From the IMG/VR virus record IMGVR_UViG_3300034027_000006, positions 1 to 60,105 of that record: a DNA stretch of 60,105 bases. One strand, written 5' to 3'. Position 1 is the first letter of the stretch. Every line of letters begins with the position of its first letter. The notes beneath the pieces were generated by a model that did no database searches, was not told the origin of the DNA, and saw nothing but the letters and a program-made list of their open reading frames with translations. Shown piece after piece: positions 46,819 through 56,095 of the stretch. Both the position numbers and the translations under genes were made by a program. The DNA comes from a virus. Its lineage: Duplodnaviria > Caudoviricetes.

Positions 46819-47646
46819 ATGTCTACATCTTACACAACCAGCGAACTTTACACCCTCTCGATCCGCGAACTGAAAGCAATCGCAGCAGCCAAACAAGTTA
46901 CACCCGCCGAGGATAAAGACAAGCGTTTTAAAGAGAATTGGATCGAGGCTATCCAATTTGCAGAGATCGGGGCAGTCCTGACCTCTGAATGGCTGGCTGA
47001 GGAAAGTCTCGCCGAAGTCTCGGACGTGACAGCAGCAGATGAGGCGACCGAGATTGAGCAAGACTTGCTGGCTAGTCTTAATCAGCTAGCCGACGCGGAA
47101 CAGGCAGCGATCCTCGAAAATCGGCAAGAAGATGCCCGCAAATATAGCGAGGCTTACGACGAAACACTCGCGCAATATGAAGCGGTGATCAATGCGTCGA
47201 TCGAGTCGCTGGCCAGCGAATCTATGGCTATCTGTGAGGCGGTGCGCGTGGATTGGCACGGCGAGAATATCGGCACAGTGTCGATCGACTACGGGGCAAC
47301 CGCTCGCGTGTTTCACGTCCTCGACTTGGTAACGACTAACCCAGTAATCAAGGTCATTACTAGCAACGGAACCGAGATCGATAGCCGTTGGCAATCTACT
47401 GCAAATAACCGCTATATCAAAGCGGTGCGCGAGGCTATACCAGCAAAAATCGCCGACATGGTAAATGCCATTTGCGAGCATTCTATGTCGAGGCACGGTC
47501 AGCACGTAGCCCCGCCCGATTACATTTATGCAGGCGGTGACGGTGAAGGCGAGCGACGGGGTGGCAACGGTAACGGCGACGATCGCGGGCGACTGACTAG
47601 CATAGTCACCTCTAGCGATTGGCCCTATGAGATCTACTTGTTTTAA
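46819..47646 (+). CDS. Early protein with Rho-N/HEH-like N-terminus
   Basis: LSIRELKAIA...K...IEAI. Confidence 0.65.
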   Translation: MSTSYTTSELYTLSIRELKAIAAAKQVTPAEDKDKRFKENWIEAIQFAEIGAVLTSEWLAEESLAEVSDVTAADEATEIEQDLLASLNQLADAEQAAILENRQEDARKYSEAYDETLAQYEAVINASIESLASESMAICEAVRVDWHGENIGTVSIDYGATARVFHVLDLVTTNPVIKVITSNGTEIDSRWQSTANNRYIKAVREAIPAKIADMVNAICEHSMSRHGQHVAPPDYIYAGGDGEGERRGGNGNGDDRGRLTSIVTSSDWPYEIYLF

Positions 47647-47713
47647 GACTTAATAAGTCCGACCTGAGCAAGTCGCGATAAAGGCTCGCCCGCCATCTTA
47701 AAGGAGCAAAAAA

Positions 47714-47947
47714 ATGGCCTTAGCAGTCTATAAGCACACTTACGACAAAGCGATTCGATTTGTGCGATTGACACCTCGCCAAAAATTCAAACAAGCGATT
47801 ATTGCTCTAGAGTATGAGTTGCCACATCACGGGGTAGACCTGGTTTGGTCTAACAGAAAAAGGATTTACAGGCTACTCGGTCAAGTGGGCTGGCACTGGG
47901 AGAAACACAACAAACGACTCGGATTTTGGTCAGGTGTACCATTCTAG
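47714..47947 (+). CDS. Hypothetical protein, paralogous to the C-terminus of the next gene
   Basis: AAGGAG RBS; TPRQKFKQA...GVPF. Confidence 0.7.
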   Translation: MALAVYKHTYDKAIRFVRLTPRQKFKQAIIALEYELPHHGVDLVWSNRKRIYRLLGQVGWHWEKHNKRLGFWSGVPF

Positions 47948-48028
47948 CGAGTCAAACAGGCACAGATAAATCCGACCTGAACAAGTCGCAACAAAGGCTC
48001 AAAACAAACATTTTAGGAGTTAGAACAA

Positions 48029-48640
48029 ATGGCGATTAAATGCTTGGCTGGTGTAATGATTTTGAAGTCCTTAGCCGAATCAATCGCGCTCTGTGAAGCG
48101 ATGCACAATCAAGATATCGATACTTTGGCGGGGGATTTTATTCGAGAATTAGTCCAGTTTTCCTTACAAGTGTTAACAGATCCTGATGCGTTTTATCACG
48201 ACTCAGACAAAGCAGGGGTTATTGTTAACCTCATTTACGAAAATAGCTGTAGCAACGATTTACAAAGCGAATGGGATGAGCTAGAACACAGGCTGCACAC
48301 TATAGAAGGGCGAGACGAGTTAGACAATCTGCTTAATAGTGTTGTAGAGTCGGTTGTATTTACAACCGAAAACATTAACTTTAACAACATTCATTCGGCT
48401 TATAGCGCTTTCTACCAGTTTGCTGTAAATCGATTTGATCTAGCAGCAGCAGATTGTAGAAATACACCCCGCCAAAAATTCAAACAGGCGGTTATCGCAT
48501 TGAATTATGAGCTACCCGGTCACAGATTAGATCTAGTCTGGACAAACCGCAAAAATATCTATAAAGCCCTGAAAAAAGCGGGCTGGACATGGTTTGCGAA
48601 AGGATCGACCGGATCGTGGTATGGTGGCGTACCATTTTAA
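48029..48640 (+). CDS. Hypothetical protein with duplicated C-terminal domain
   Basis: AGGAG RBS; TPRQKFKQA...GVPF. Confidence 0.7.
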   Translation: MAIKCLAGVMILKSLAESIALCEAMHNQDIDTLAGDFIRELVQFSLQVLTDPDAFYHDSDKAGVIVNLIYENSCSNDLQSEWDELEHRLHTIEGRDELDNLLNSVVESVVFTTENINFNNIHSAYSAFYQFAVNRFDLAAADCRNTPRQKFKQAVIALNYELPGHRLDLVWTNRKNIYKALKKAGWTWFAKGSTGSWYGGVPF

Positions 48641-48649
48641 GGGGGAAAA

Positions 48650-48907
48650 ATGCAGAGTCAAAGCTATTTTTACCAACGATTGAGACTAAGCTCAAACGAC
48701 AATATCAAAGCAGCGCTTGCAACGATGCCCGCGATCTCAGAGAAGACTAAAGCGTTAATCATAGAGGCTTTAGACGCAGGTAACGACCATTACGGACGGC
48801 ACGAGCTAGCAAACTGGTTACACAGTAGCCTGACACTAAAGGAGCTAGGCATTGAGCTAGAGTCTGCCATCTGGAAACAGTGGGGAGATCTGATAAACAA
48901 AAAATAA
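48650..48907 (+). CDS. Hypothetical protein
   Basis: Operonic ORF. Confidence 0.6.
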   Translation: MQSQSYFYQRLRLSSNDNIKAALATMPAISEKTKALIIEALDAGNDHYGRHELANWLHSSLTLKELGIELESAIWKQWGDLINKK

Positions 48908-48931
48908 TCTCTGAATAGTCCCGCTTTTTAC

Positions 48932-48958
48932 ATCTTATCCTGTATACTAGGATAAGAT
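48932..48958. promoter_or_regulatory. Palindromic operator upstream of the protelomerase gene
   Basis: ATCTTATCCT-7-AGGATAAGAT with perfect arms. Confidence 0.8.
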
Positions 48959-51900
48959 GTTTTTTATGACAGTTCAGATCATGGCAGCTAAATCGACAGA
49001 ACCCAAAAGACCATTGTTTAAGTCAGGCGATATAGTCTACTACCGCAACGGCAACAAATTTGAGCAGGCAACAGTAGATCAAGATCAGCCTTCACGCATG
49101 GCTAAAATTATCTGGATTTACTACAATCGCCCCGGCAATAGAAACCCGCATAAATTCAAGGCTTTTTTACAAGAGGTTTACACGGTCGCCGAGTATGAAG
49201 CCCTAAAAGATCAGCCAGTCGCAGCACTCTACAAAAAAGGCGACGCTCTGATATTGACTGAGGACGGCGAATCGTACCCGGTACGCTGCGAGCGAGATCA
49301 AATTTCAGCCAGTAGCGATCGGCTTTATGTAAGCGGTTATCACCTCGAAAACACTTGGGTAGATATCGCCAAGCTGTCACCAGCAGAGGAAGTCACACCA
49401 GCAGAGGAAGTCACACCAGCAGAGGAAGTCACACCAGCAGAGGAAGTAGCACCAGTCGCACCAGTCGCACCAGTCGCACCAGTCGCACAGACTAAAACAG
49501 TCAAGAAACTTTTTGAAAAAGGAGATCTAGCCTATTTAAAAACGCCTACAGATTACACCCCGGTGACTGTAACTATTAGCCAGCGACATAGCAAATCTAA
49601 AAAAATCGAGGTCTTATCCTTTGGTCGCAAGATCGACGTTCTAGTCAAAGACTTGATAACAGTTGCAAAATATCAAGAAATCACAGGCGATAATAGCCCT
49701 GTGCAATTAGACAAACCGCGCCGCTTATTTCAGGCGGGTGACTGGTGTTACTGGCAAGCTCGCCCCGGCAATGAACCCCACAACAAAAGGATCGTCAAAT
49801 GCGACCACAACCAGCACAAAAACGATCATATTGTCTGGGTTGTGGAACTTAAAGGCAATTGGCGCGATCGTTTTGGAGTCGATAGCAACTTACTCGGATT
49901 GATCACAGATCCGGCAAAGCTAGCCGAGCTAGACGCTAACGAGAAAGCGATCGAGGCAAGGGTAGACGAGATCAAGCGCAAGGAAGCAACAGACACAGAG
50001 GTAGCGCTCGCCGATGTTATTCCGATAGCAGAAACGGTCGCCGATGCTATCCCAGCAACCGAAACAGCGATCGCAGAGGTCGCAGCAGTTGCCGGCCCGC
50101 CTGAGTGCTACCCCGATGGCATCCGACGCGATAGCGCGATCGGGCGGATACGGGCTGAGGATGAGCGAGCCATTGCTGCAATGTTGAAAGCAGGCGATCG
50201 CCGTTGGTGGCGAGCAAGTGTCGGTAATTATCGATATGCTTGCGTAGAAAAAGACCAAAAAAGTCCAACCTCTAAAAAAGTTCAGATCTTGCACTGGCGC
50301 GACGATCGCCCCGGCGTTAGTCCCGAAGGCGTGGGCCCGGTTTGGGTAAACATCTCTGATCTACTGACAGAGGAGCAATATAAAGAACAAAAGCAGAATG
50401 AGGCTAAAAAGCGCGTTGAAGCTTTGTTACCTGCACGGGATGAGGAAACACCAGCCGAAAGCGTGACGGTAGCCTTCACGTCGCCGGAATCGTTCGCTAA
50501 AGTAATGTTGAAGGCTGGCAACAACGCCGGAGAGATTAGCCGACTGTGCGATCGATTGCTAGCCCTGCCAATGTTCGATAGAACTCGGATTAACGAGCGC
50601 ACAAAATTAACTCGCCTCGGCCCTTATAGTCGAGCGCTAGAGGCAGAGATCAAGCAATCAGGGTTTGAGCTTATTCGCCATACAAACGCGGTAGTCTGGC
50701 GAAGAAAAGACGGCAGCGAGCAGTTACGTCACTATTACTACAAGCTCGTCGGGCTGATGGATTATGACTGGGACGCTGACAACCAAAAAGCAGCCGAGAA
50801 AGTAATCGCAAAGCTAGACAATCAAGTCGCAAATATTGACAGCGAGACTTACATTAAGACTGTTGAGACTCTGCTATGGTTTGACGATCCGATAAAAGTT
50901 TTAGGCGGTCTAGTTGGCGCTAGCGGTCGCCGGATTGTGGAACTAATAACGCTCGGAAATTTCACCGAGATCGAGAATCAAACCGATCGAGTAGTGTTTC
51001 ACGGGCAAGCTAAAAAGCGAGATAAACCGAGCGATCCTTACGAGATTTATTTGCTCGGATGCACCGCTAAAGACTTTTTAGCTAAGCTTGATTTTGTGCG
51101 CGACAGTGATGAGATGAAAGCAGCCTATGAGGGTCTAGACCCCGATAGCTCTGATTTCTTAAAGAGACTATCAGATCGGCTGAGGGTGCAAGTCAATCGC
51201 GAGGCGGTCGGCCCTGCGTTTGAATGGCTACAAAGTCGCGAGGGTGAGGAGCGAGCAACAACTAAAACACTAAGATCGACTTGGGCTGCTGTTGTCACTA
51301 GCAAGTATTGCCCGCCAGAAACTAACCCGCTGCTGTTTACTAGCCGACTGCTCGGACACTTTACGGGGTCAGTTGAAAGCATGGCAGACACGCTGAACTA
51401 TATCGACAGCGTGGCCGCCAAGTCCGACGAGCCAAACTTAGAAAAAGTCGAAGAGGTTCAAAGATGGCAGAGCATTGTAGACGGAATAATAGTCAAGCAA
51501 CCTAACGCGACATCAGGAGTCGAAACAGCGACAGCAGAGACAATCCAAGATCCAACAGAAACAGAAGAGGAAGCAACGCCAGCGCTCGATTATGTTCAAT
51601 TTGTAGAAGATGAAGCGGGCGATCGTCACAAGCGCGATTTTTACGAGTCGCCAGTCTGGGCATCTCTTGCGATGCTCGAATATGGCGGAATCACCGGGAC
51701 TGTCGGCGAGTGCTGCAACGGATACGGGGCAATAAGCCGAATATTTCAAAAGGCAAATTATGCAGTCTGGACTAATGATATTGACCCGGAGAAACCCGCA
51801 GATCACCATATAGACGCAACTGTCGAGGAATTGTGGGACAGCTTACCTGATGCTGACTGGATTATCTCAAATCCACCTTACGGGAAGCTATCAGCCCCCA

Positions 51901-52661
51901 TCGTTATCAACGCTTTCAAAAAAGCCAAAAAAGGCATCGCAATGGTTTTAAAGATGAATTGGTGGGAGTTATGCCAAGATCGCAAGCAGTTCTTAAAAGA
52001 ACATCCACCAACAGGCTTTATAAACCTGCCGAGATATTGTTACCGCAAGGCTACCGCGACCGGGAAGTGGGCAACAGATGAAGCGCCGACAGTGATCTAT
52101 ATCTGGGATAAATCAATAACCCACGGGCTAACTCAAACGATACCTTTACCAGCCGACGAGCTTAGACTGTTTTATCGCACACCTGACGAAACACCAGAAC
52201 TCGAAAAAATCGAGACAGAGATAGCCGACATCATGGCTAAAAAGCTAGAGGCGGTCAAATCTGTCGAAGTCAAGCCGACTGTAACGATCGATGTGGCAGA
52301 AAGTAAACCAATCGAAACAATAAAAGCAACTAAAACCGAACCTGTAGAAACTGATCCGGCTTCAGTGCCGAAAGTAAGTCGAAAGGCGAAGGAAGTTAAG
52401 CCTAAAAAACCACGCTTAACGATGGAAGAAAAGCTCGAAAAAGTTAGCGAAAAAATGCGAGCTTTCTTAGAGAAAAATGCAGCGTTAGAGAAACCCGATC
52501 GCTGGTTTGTTAGTCAGAATATTATAGCCCGTGTCGCCGGAGTAGGTCACGATCTGGCTAACGAATGGCTTAACTTGAATAAGCCCTTACTTGACGCACA
52601 CAACCTCGGCTTAAACCGCTCGGAGCAAAACCGGGGGCGAAAATTCGAGAATCTAAATTAG
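48957..52661 (+). CDS. Protelomerase (telomere resolvase) fused to N-terminal KOW/Tudor-like repeats and a C-terminal amino-methyltransferase domain
   Basis: SGRR.VE (aa ~657), F.GQAKKR (~686), LRS.WA (~773), LLGH (~801), TLNY (~815); then DFYESP, ECC.G.GAI, NDID, IISNPPY (~972). Confidence 0.85.
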   Translation: MFFMTVQIMAAKSTEPKRPLFKSGDIVYYRNGNKFEQATVDQDQPSRMAKIIWIYYNRPGNRNPHKFKAFLQEVYTVAEYEALKDQPVAALYKKGDALILTEDGESYPVRCERDQISASSDRLYVSGYHLENTWVDIAKLSPAEEVTPAEEVTPAEEVTPAEEVAPVAPVAPVAPVAQTKTVKKLFEKGDLAYLKTPTDYTPVTVTISQRHSKSKKIEVLSFGRKIDVLVKDLITVAKYQEITGDNSPVQLDKPRRLFQAGDWCYWQARPGNEPHNKRIVKCDHNQHKNDHIVWVVELKGNWRDRFGVDSNLLGLITDPAKLAELDANEKAIEARVDEIKRKEATDTEVALADVIPIAETVADAIPATETAIAEVAAVAGPPECYPDGIRRDSAIGRIRAEDERAIAAMLKAGDRRWWRASVGNYRYACVEKDQKSPTSKKVQILHWRDDRPGVSPEGVGPVWVNISDLLTEEQYKEQKQNEAKKRVEALLPARDEETPAESVTVAFTSPESFAKVMLKAGNNAGEISRLCDRLLALPMFDRTRINERTKLTRLGPYSRALEAEIKQSGFELIRHTNAVVWRRKDGSEQLRHYYYKLVGLMDYDWDADNQKAAEKVIAKLDNQVANIDSETYIKTVETLLWFDDPIKVLGGLVGASGRRIVELITLGNFTEIENQTDRVVFHGQAKKRDKPSDPYEIYLLGCTAKDFLAKLDFVRDSDEMKAAYEGLDPDSSDFLKRLSDRLRVQVNREAVGPAFEWLQSREGEERATTKTLRSTWAAVVTSKYCPPETNPLLFTSRLLGHFTGSVESMADTLNYIDSVAAKSDEPNLEKVEEVQRWQSIVDGIIVKQPNATSGVETATAETIQDPTETEEEATPALDYVQFVEDEAGDRHKRDFYESPVWASLAMLEYGGITGTVGECCNGYGAISRIFQKANYAVWTNDIDPEKPADHHIDATVEELWDSLPDADWIISNPPYGKLSAPIVINAFKKAKKGIAMVLKMNWWELCQDRKQFLKEHPPTGFINLPRYCYRKATATGKWATDEAPTVIYIWDKSITHGLTQTIPLPADELRLFYRTPDETPELEKIETEIADIMAKKLEAVKSVEVKPTVTIDVAESKPIETIKATKTEPVETDPASVPKVSRKAKEVKPKKPRLTMEEKLEKVSEKMRAFLEKNAALEKPDRWFVSQNIIARVAGVGHDLANEWLNLNKPLLDAHNLGLNRSEQNRGRKFENLN
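49378..49488 (+). repeat. In-frame tandem repeats, 18 bp x4 and 9 bp x4
   Basis: Encode (PAEEVT)n(PVA)n, a linker. Confidence 0.9.
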
Positions 52662-52671
52662 CCCAAAAAAA

Positions 52672-52708
52672 ATATTATCCCGACATACTAGATATGTTGG
52701 GATAAGAT
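52672..52708. promoter_or_regulatory. Operator variant with 17-bp spacer
   Basis: ATATTATCCC-17-GGGATAAGAT; the spacer is itself partly palindromic. Confidence 0.65.
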
Positions 52709-52723
52709 AACCACAGAGGTATC

Positions 52724-53698
52724 ATGAGCGAATCACAGCAAGTCCTCGAACACATAAAAATTTTAGATCCTCTAGGGATCTATAGGTCTATGGATGAAGT
52801 GACGGCTAGAAACTTAAAACCTGAACATTATAAACAATGGCAACAGGTTCAAGCCCTTTTTAGCTACCTGCTAGAACTACACAACAGATCAACAAAGGAG
52901 AATACAAAAATGCCAGAATTAACACCGGATCAAGTTGATATTTTGTCAGAGATTGAAGAGACGATCCAAAAACTGACTACAATAGCTAGCCGAGTAGAAA
53001 GGGGTAAACCTATAGGTAGCTTATTGTCGATAAAGTCTAATCGACTAAATTATTTATTTGGTCGGTATCAAATGCGTTTAGATCTAGAGTCAAGCCTGGA
53101 ACCCCGCAAAACAGCCGAGGAAATTACATCCGAAGCGTTGAGAGCAGCCGAAAAACGCGAACTAGCCGCAGAAATCAAAAAACTGGAGGCTGAGAAAAAA
53201 GAGCTAGAGGCAGAGAGATCGCAGATAGAAGTAGAAAGGAAACAGTTAGAGGCAGAGCTAAGGGAGTTAGAATCGGAAATAGAAGGAGCCACCCCAGAGA
53301 GCGAAGAAGACTGGTTAAAACGTATAGGAGGGGAAAACACAGAGCAACAAATATCGAGAATCGTTGAGGAGTGCATAGAAAGAACTAAGAGAGCATACCC
53401 GGAGATCTGCAAAGCGTTTCAAGACATCAAAATCAATTATGTCTTTAAACCGTCTGATGAAGTCCCAACCGTGACAACCGAACAATTAATAGAAAATCAC
53501 GAGATCTGGGAAAAAGAACAAAGGGCTAAACGGTCAAAAAAAGCAGAGGAAGACGAGGCGAAAGACGATCGAATCTCTGTTGAATCACTAGCTAATATGT
53601 CAGCGGCTGACGCACTAGCACTCGATCCTAAACAGCACAAAAAATGGCTCGAAATACAGCGAGAGCGCTATAACTCTCAGTATGATGATTTTCAATAA
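52724..53698 (+). CDS. Coiled-coil protein with a repeated terminal motif
   Basis: Charged heptads; M....A..L.P..(Y/H)K.W...Q at both ends. Confidence 0.7.
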   Translation: MSESQQVLEHIKILDPLGIYRSMDEVTARNLKPEHYKQWQQVQALFSYLLELHNRSTKENTKMPELTPDQVDILSEIEETIQKLTTIASRVERGKPIGSLLSIKSNRLNYLFGRYQMRLDLESSLEPRKTAEEITSEALRAAEKRELAAEIKKLEAEKKELEAERSQIEVERKQLEAELRELESEIEGATPESEEDWLKRIGGENTEQQISRIVEECIERTKRAYPEICKAFQDIKINYVFKPSDEVPTVTTEQLIENHEIWEKEQRAKRSKKAEEDEAKDDRISVESLANMSAADALALDPKQHKKWLEIQRERYNSQYDDFQ

Positions 53699-53703
53699 TT
53701 GAC

Positions 53704-53748
53704 AAGTAAATAGCCGTAGCGTTTGCCAATCGCTACGGCTATTTACTT
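53704..53748. terminator. Long hairpin between convergent genes
   Basis: AAGTAAATAGCCGTAGCG...CGCTACGGCTATTTACTT. Confidence 0.8.
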
Positions 53749-53759
53749 AGTAGGAAGCT

Positions 53760-54821
53760 TTAACGATCGGTTGCAAGTTCTGCCGACATACTCCAACAAA
53801 AAACAATCTCTCGAACAATCTGGAAAAACCGCCCGTCTAGATTAGATTCCTCGCGCTGCTCGTCGGTACTATAAAAAGCCTGGGTGAGGTGATCGACGGC
53901 TTCAGTAACTGCACTCGAATAGTCTAGGCGGGTAGCACTGTTAAGAAAGTCAGACAAGTCTAGAGGCGGTTGGCTTAAAGATACCTCAATCGGGCGAGCA
54001 AAATTTTGAGCTAGGTAGCCTTTAAAACGTCTTACTTTCCCCATCATTTTTAAGGCTTCTAGCTCCTCAAAAAATGCGTTAAACTCTGCTAGTCGTTCAG
54101 CCGCCTGCTCGCGATAGACTGGCAAAATTCTGTAGTATTCCTCGACAAGTGGATTAGATTTATCGGCACGATCTAACGCGGGCGAGGTTTGAAGTTCGCC
54201 GCCTGCTGCCTTCTTTTGTCGTGCCAACCTGCGAGCGTTTTTAGCTTGTCGCCTGCCGCTAGCGTTCGATACTGACTGGCTAGTCAATGGCTGGCCGATG
54301 TCTACCCCATCCGCCACCAAGCAAGCAAGATCATTTTTAGCGCCTGGTATATTCTGGGCCGCTTCCTCTTTAACCCAGTTGATATATTGCCGCTCGTCAA
54401 AGCTAGGATTCTTAGCCGCCGCCCAATCAAGCCAAGCGCGAGTAAAAGTCGGTGGCTCGACATCATTGACAGCGATAGCACTTGCAGCGGCTGTCGATGC
54501 CTCCATCTGGACTTGTTCGTTATCGGCTCCGAGTCTTTCTGCCTTCGATTCTGCGATCGCTGTCACTAACTCATCAGGAAGTGGATCGCCCGGTTGATGC
54601 GTGGCCGGTAGCCCTAAAACTTCATTAGCCCAAGATTGCTCGGACTGTTCAGCCGACGAGTTAACGCCGATAGTGATGCGTAGCTCCTGCACTCTCTGAT
54701 TAACCATACTGATCACCCAATCTTTTAATTGTTCTGGCACTCTGACCGGGGCCGTTTTATAGCCCTCCCACTTCGGGACGTTTGGGATCAAATTGTCTAA
54801 GGAAGCGGCGGCAATACTCAT
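53760..54821 (-). CDS. Protein with N-terminal ribbon-helix-like motif
   Basis: PKW...KT.PVRVPE.L...V. Confidence 0.65.
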   Translation of the reverse strand: MSIAAASLDNLIPNVPKWEGYKTAPVRVPEQLKDWVISMVNQRVQELRITIGVNSSAEQSEQSWANEVLGLPATHQPGDPLPDELVTAIAESKAERLGADNEQVQMEASTAAASAIAVNDVEPPTFTRAWLDWAAAKNPSFDERQYINWVKEEAAQNIPGAKNDLACLVADGVDIGQPLTSQSVSNASGRRQAKNARRLARQKKAAGGELQTSPALDRADKSNPLVEEYYRILPVYREQAAERLAEFNAFFEELEALKMMGKVRRFKGYLAQNFARPIEVSLSQPPLDLSDFLNSATRLDYSSAVTEAVDHLTQAFYSTDEQREESNLDGRFFQIVREIVFCWSMSAELATDR

Positions 54822-54882
54822 AAAACCTTAAATCCCGATCAAAACACCAATTCGCAGATCATACACCCCCACAAAGTCCGAG

Positions 54883-55068
54883 TCAAGTCTCGGACTTGCT
54901 GGCATCCTCCTGAACACTGGAATAATGCAGCTTAGCATACTCGGCAATAAAAGCTTTTATCCGAGGGATTAATTCAACTGGTACGCGGATCGATTCCGTC
55001 TTGATACCGGGCCCGTATTTAGCTTTACCCGGTCTAAGATTCTTGATCGAGTTTTTGTGTACTGGCAT
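54883..55068 (-). CDS. Small ribbon-helix DNA-binding protein
   Basis: NS.KNL.P...KT.SIRVP.EL...I; GACTT array overlaps its 3' end. Confidence 0.6.
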   Translation of the reverse strand: MPVHKNSIKNLRPGKAKYGPGIKTESIRVPVELIPRIKAFIAEYAKLHYSSVQEDASKSET

Positions 55069-55214
55069 AGGTTAACGTCTCCTGTTCGCCGGATTTGAGG
55101 TCATGGCGGCTATGGTATGAGCAAATATAGCCCAAGTCAAGGCACGATCGCCGAAAACCTTGAGAACGAGCGATCGCAGCGCTCTAAGGCTAAGCTCGCA
55201 AAAAAATATTTTCG

Positions 55215-55251
55215 ATCTTGTCCTGTTTTTTGCAGGATAAGATGATATATT
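55215..55251 (+). promoter_or_regulatory. Palindromic operator plus -10
   Basis: ATCTTGTCCT-9-AGGATAAGAT-GATATATT. Confidence 0.75.
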
Positions 55252-55286
55252 GAAATTGTCCACAGTTGACCCACCGAAAAACAATC

Positions 55287-55943
55287 ATGATTGACACCAT
55301 AAAGGCAAACCACGACGGGCAAGGCAATTTTGAGTCTCGCAGCTATAAAATAGAGCGCTTATTTGATGCTGAGGCTAAGCCATCTCACGAGTATCTGAAA
55401 TTAACCCAATCAGTGAAAGGCGATTATTCTGTCGGGGTTTTTAACTCGATAACAGGTACGTCTTATTACACAACCTTTCACGATAATTACGCGGCGGCTT
55501 ATTACACTTTCAAGACAAAGGCGATCGAAAGAAACGGCGGCAACGATCTCTATAAAAGTCAATACGGCGAGACTCGCGAAGAAAGGCAGCAAGCGCTCGG
55601 CCTCTACTTCGATCGGCTTTGTTACAACGGTCGATCTATAACTGAATTCGAGGATTTTTACGTCGGCAGTTACACCAGTCGGCTTCAATTTATCCACAAT
55701 GGTTTACTCAGTGCCTTTGCAGCCTCTGACTTTCCTAGCCTTAAAGTAAGGTATACCGATTTAGACTTCAAAAAGATAGAGGATCGATGGTTCGATGAAG
55801 TATCGGGCGATCTGACTGATATCGCAATAGAGAGAGCGTCCGGCATCGTTTACCATATCTACCAGATCCCCAAAAACCGAGCTATAGAGCTAGGGAATAA
55901 CGAGAAAGAATCAAGTAAGTTATTTGACATACTAGGAACCTAG
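55287..55943 (+). CDS. Early protein with ArdA-like (antirestriction) C-terminal similarity
   Basis: FED.Y.G.Y.S...F...D...I..R.F pattern; start revised to ATG 55287. Confidence 0.45.
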   Translation: MIDTIKANHDGQGNFESRSYKIERLFDAEAKPSHEYLKLTQSVKGDYSVGVFNSITGTSYYTTFHDNYAAAYYTFKTKAIERNGGNDLYKSQYGETREERQQALGLYFDRLCYNGRSITEFEDFYVGSYTSRLQFIHNGLLSAFAASDFPSLKVRYTDLDFKKIEDRWFDEVSGDLTDIAIERASGIVYHIYQIPKNRAIELGNNEKESSKLFDILGT

Positions 55944-55966
55944 AGCGCGAAATAAGAAGTAGCCAG

Positions 55967-55991
55967 AAGCCCCGCAGATAGGGGCTTTTTT
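55967..55991 (+). terminator. Intrinsic terminator
   Basis: AAGCCCC...GGGGCTTTTTT. Confidence 0.8.
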
Positions 55992-56022
55992 AATTGGCAA
56001 GTAAAGTTTAAAAAAGTTTTCG

Positions 56023-56058
56023 ATCCTATCCTGAGTTTCTGGGATAAGATGGTATAGT
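56023..56058 (+). promoter_or_regulatory. Palindromic operator plus extended -10
   Basis: ATCCTATCCT-8-GGGATAAGAT-GGTATAGT. Confidence 0.8.
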
Positions 56059-56095
56059 GGAAGAGACAGGACAAAAAAAACAAAGCGAATCAATT

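Noticed and set aside
50900-51410. Tyrosine integrase
   Set aside because: The motifs (GRR..E, F.GQ.K.R, LR..W/Y, LGH) match the telomere resolvase branch, and no att-flanked host DNA is present.
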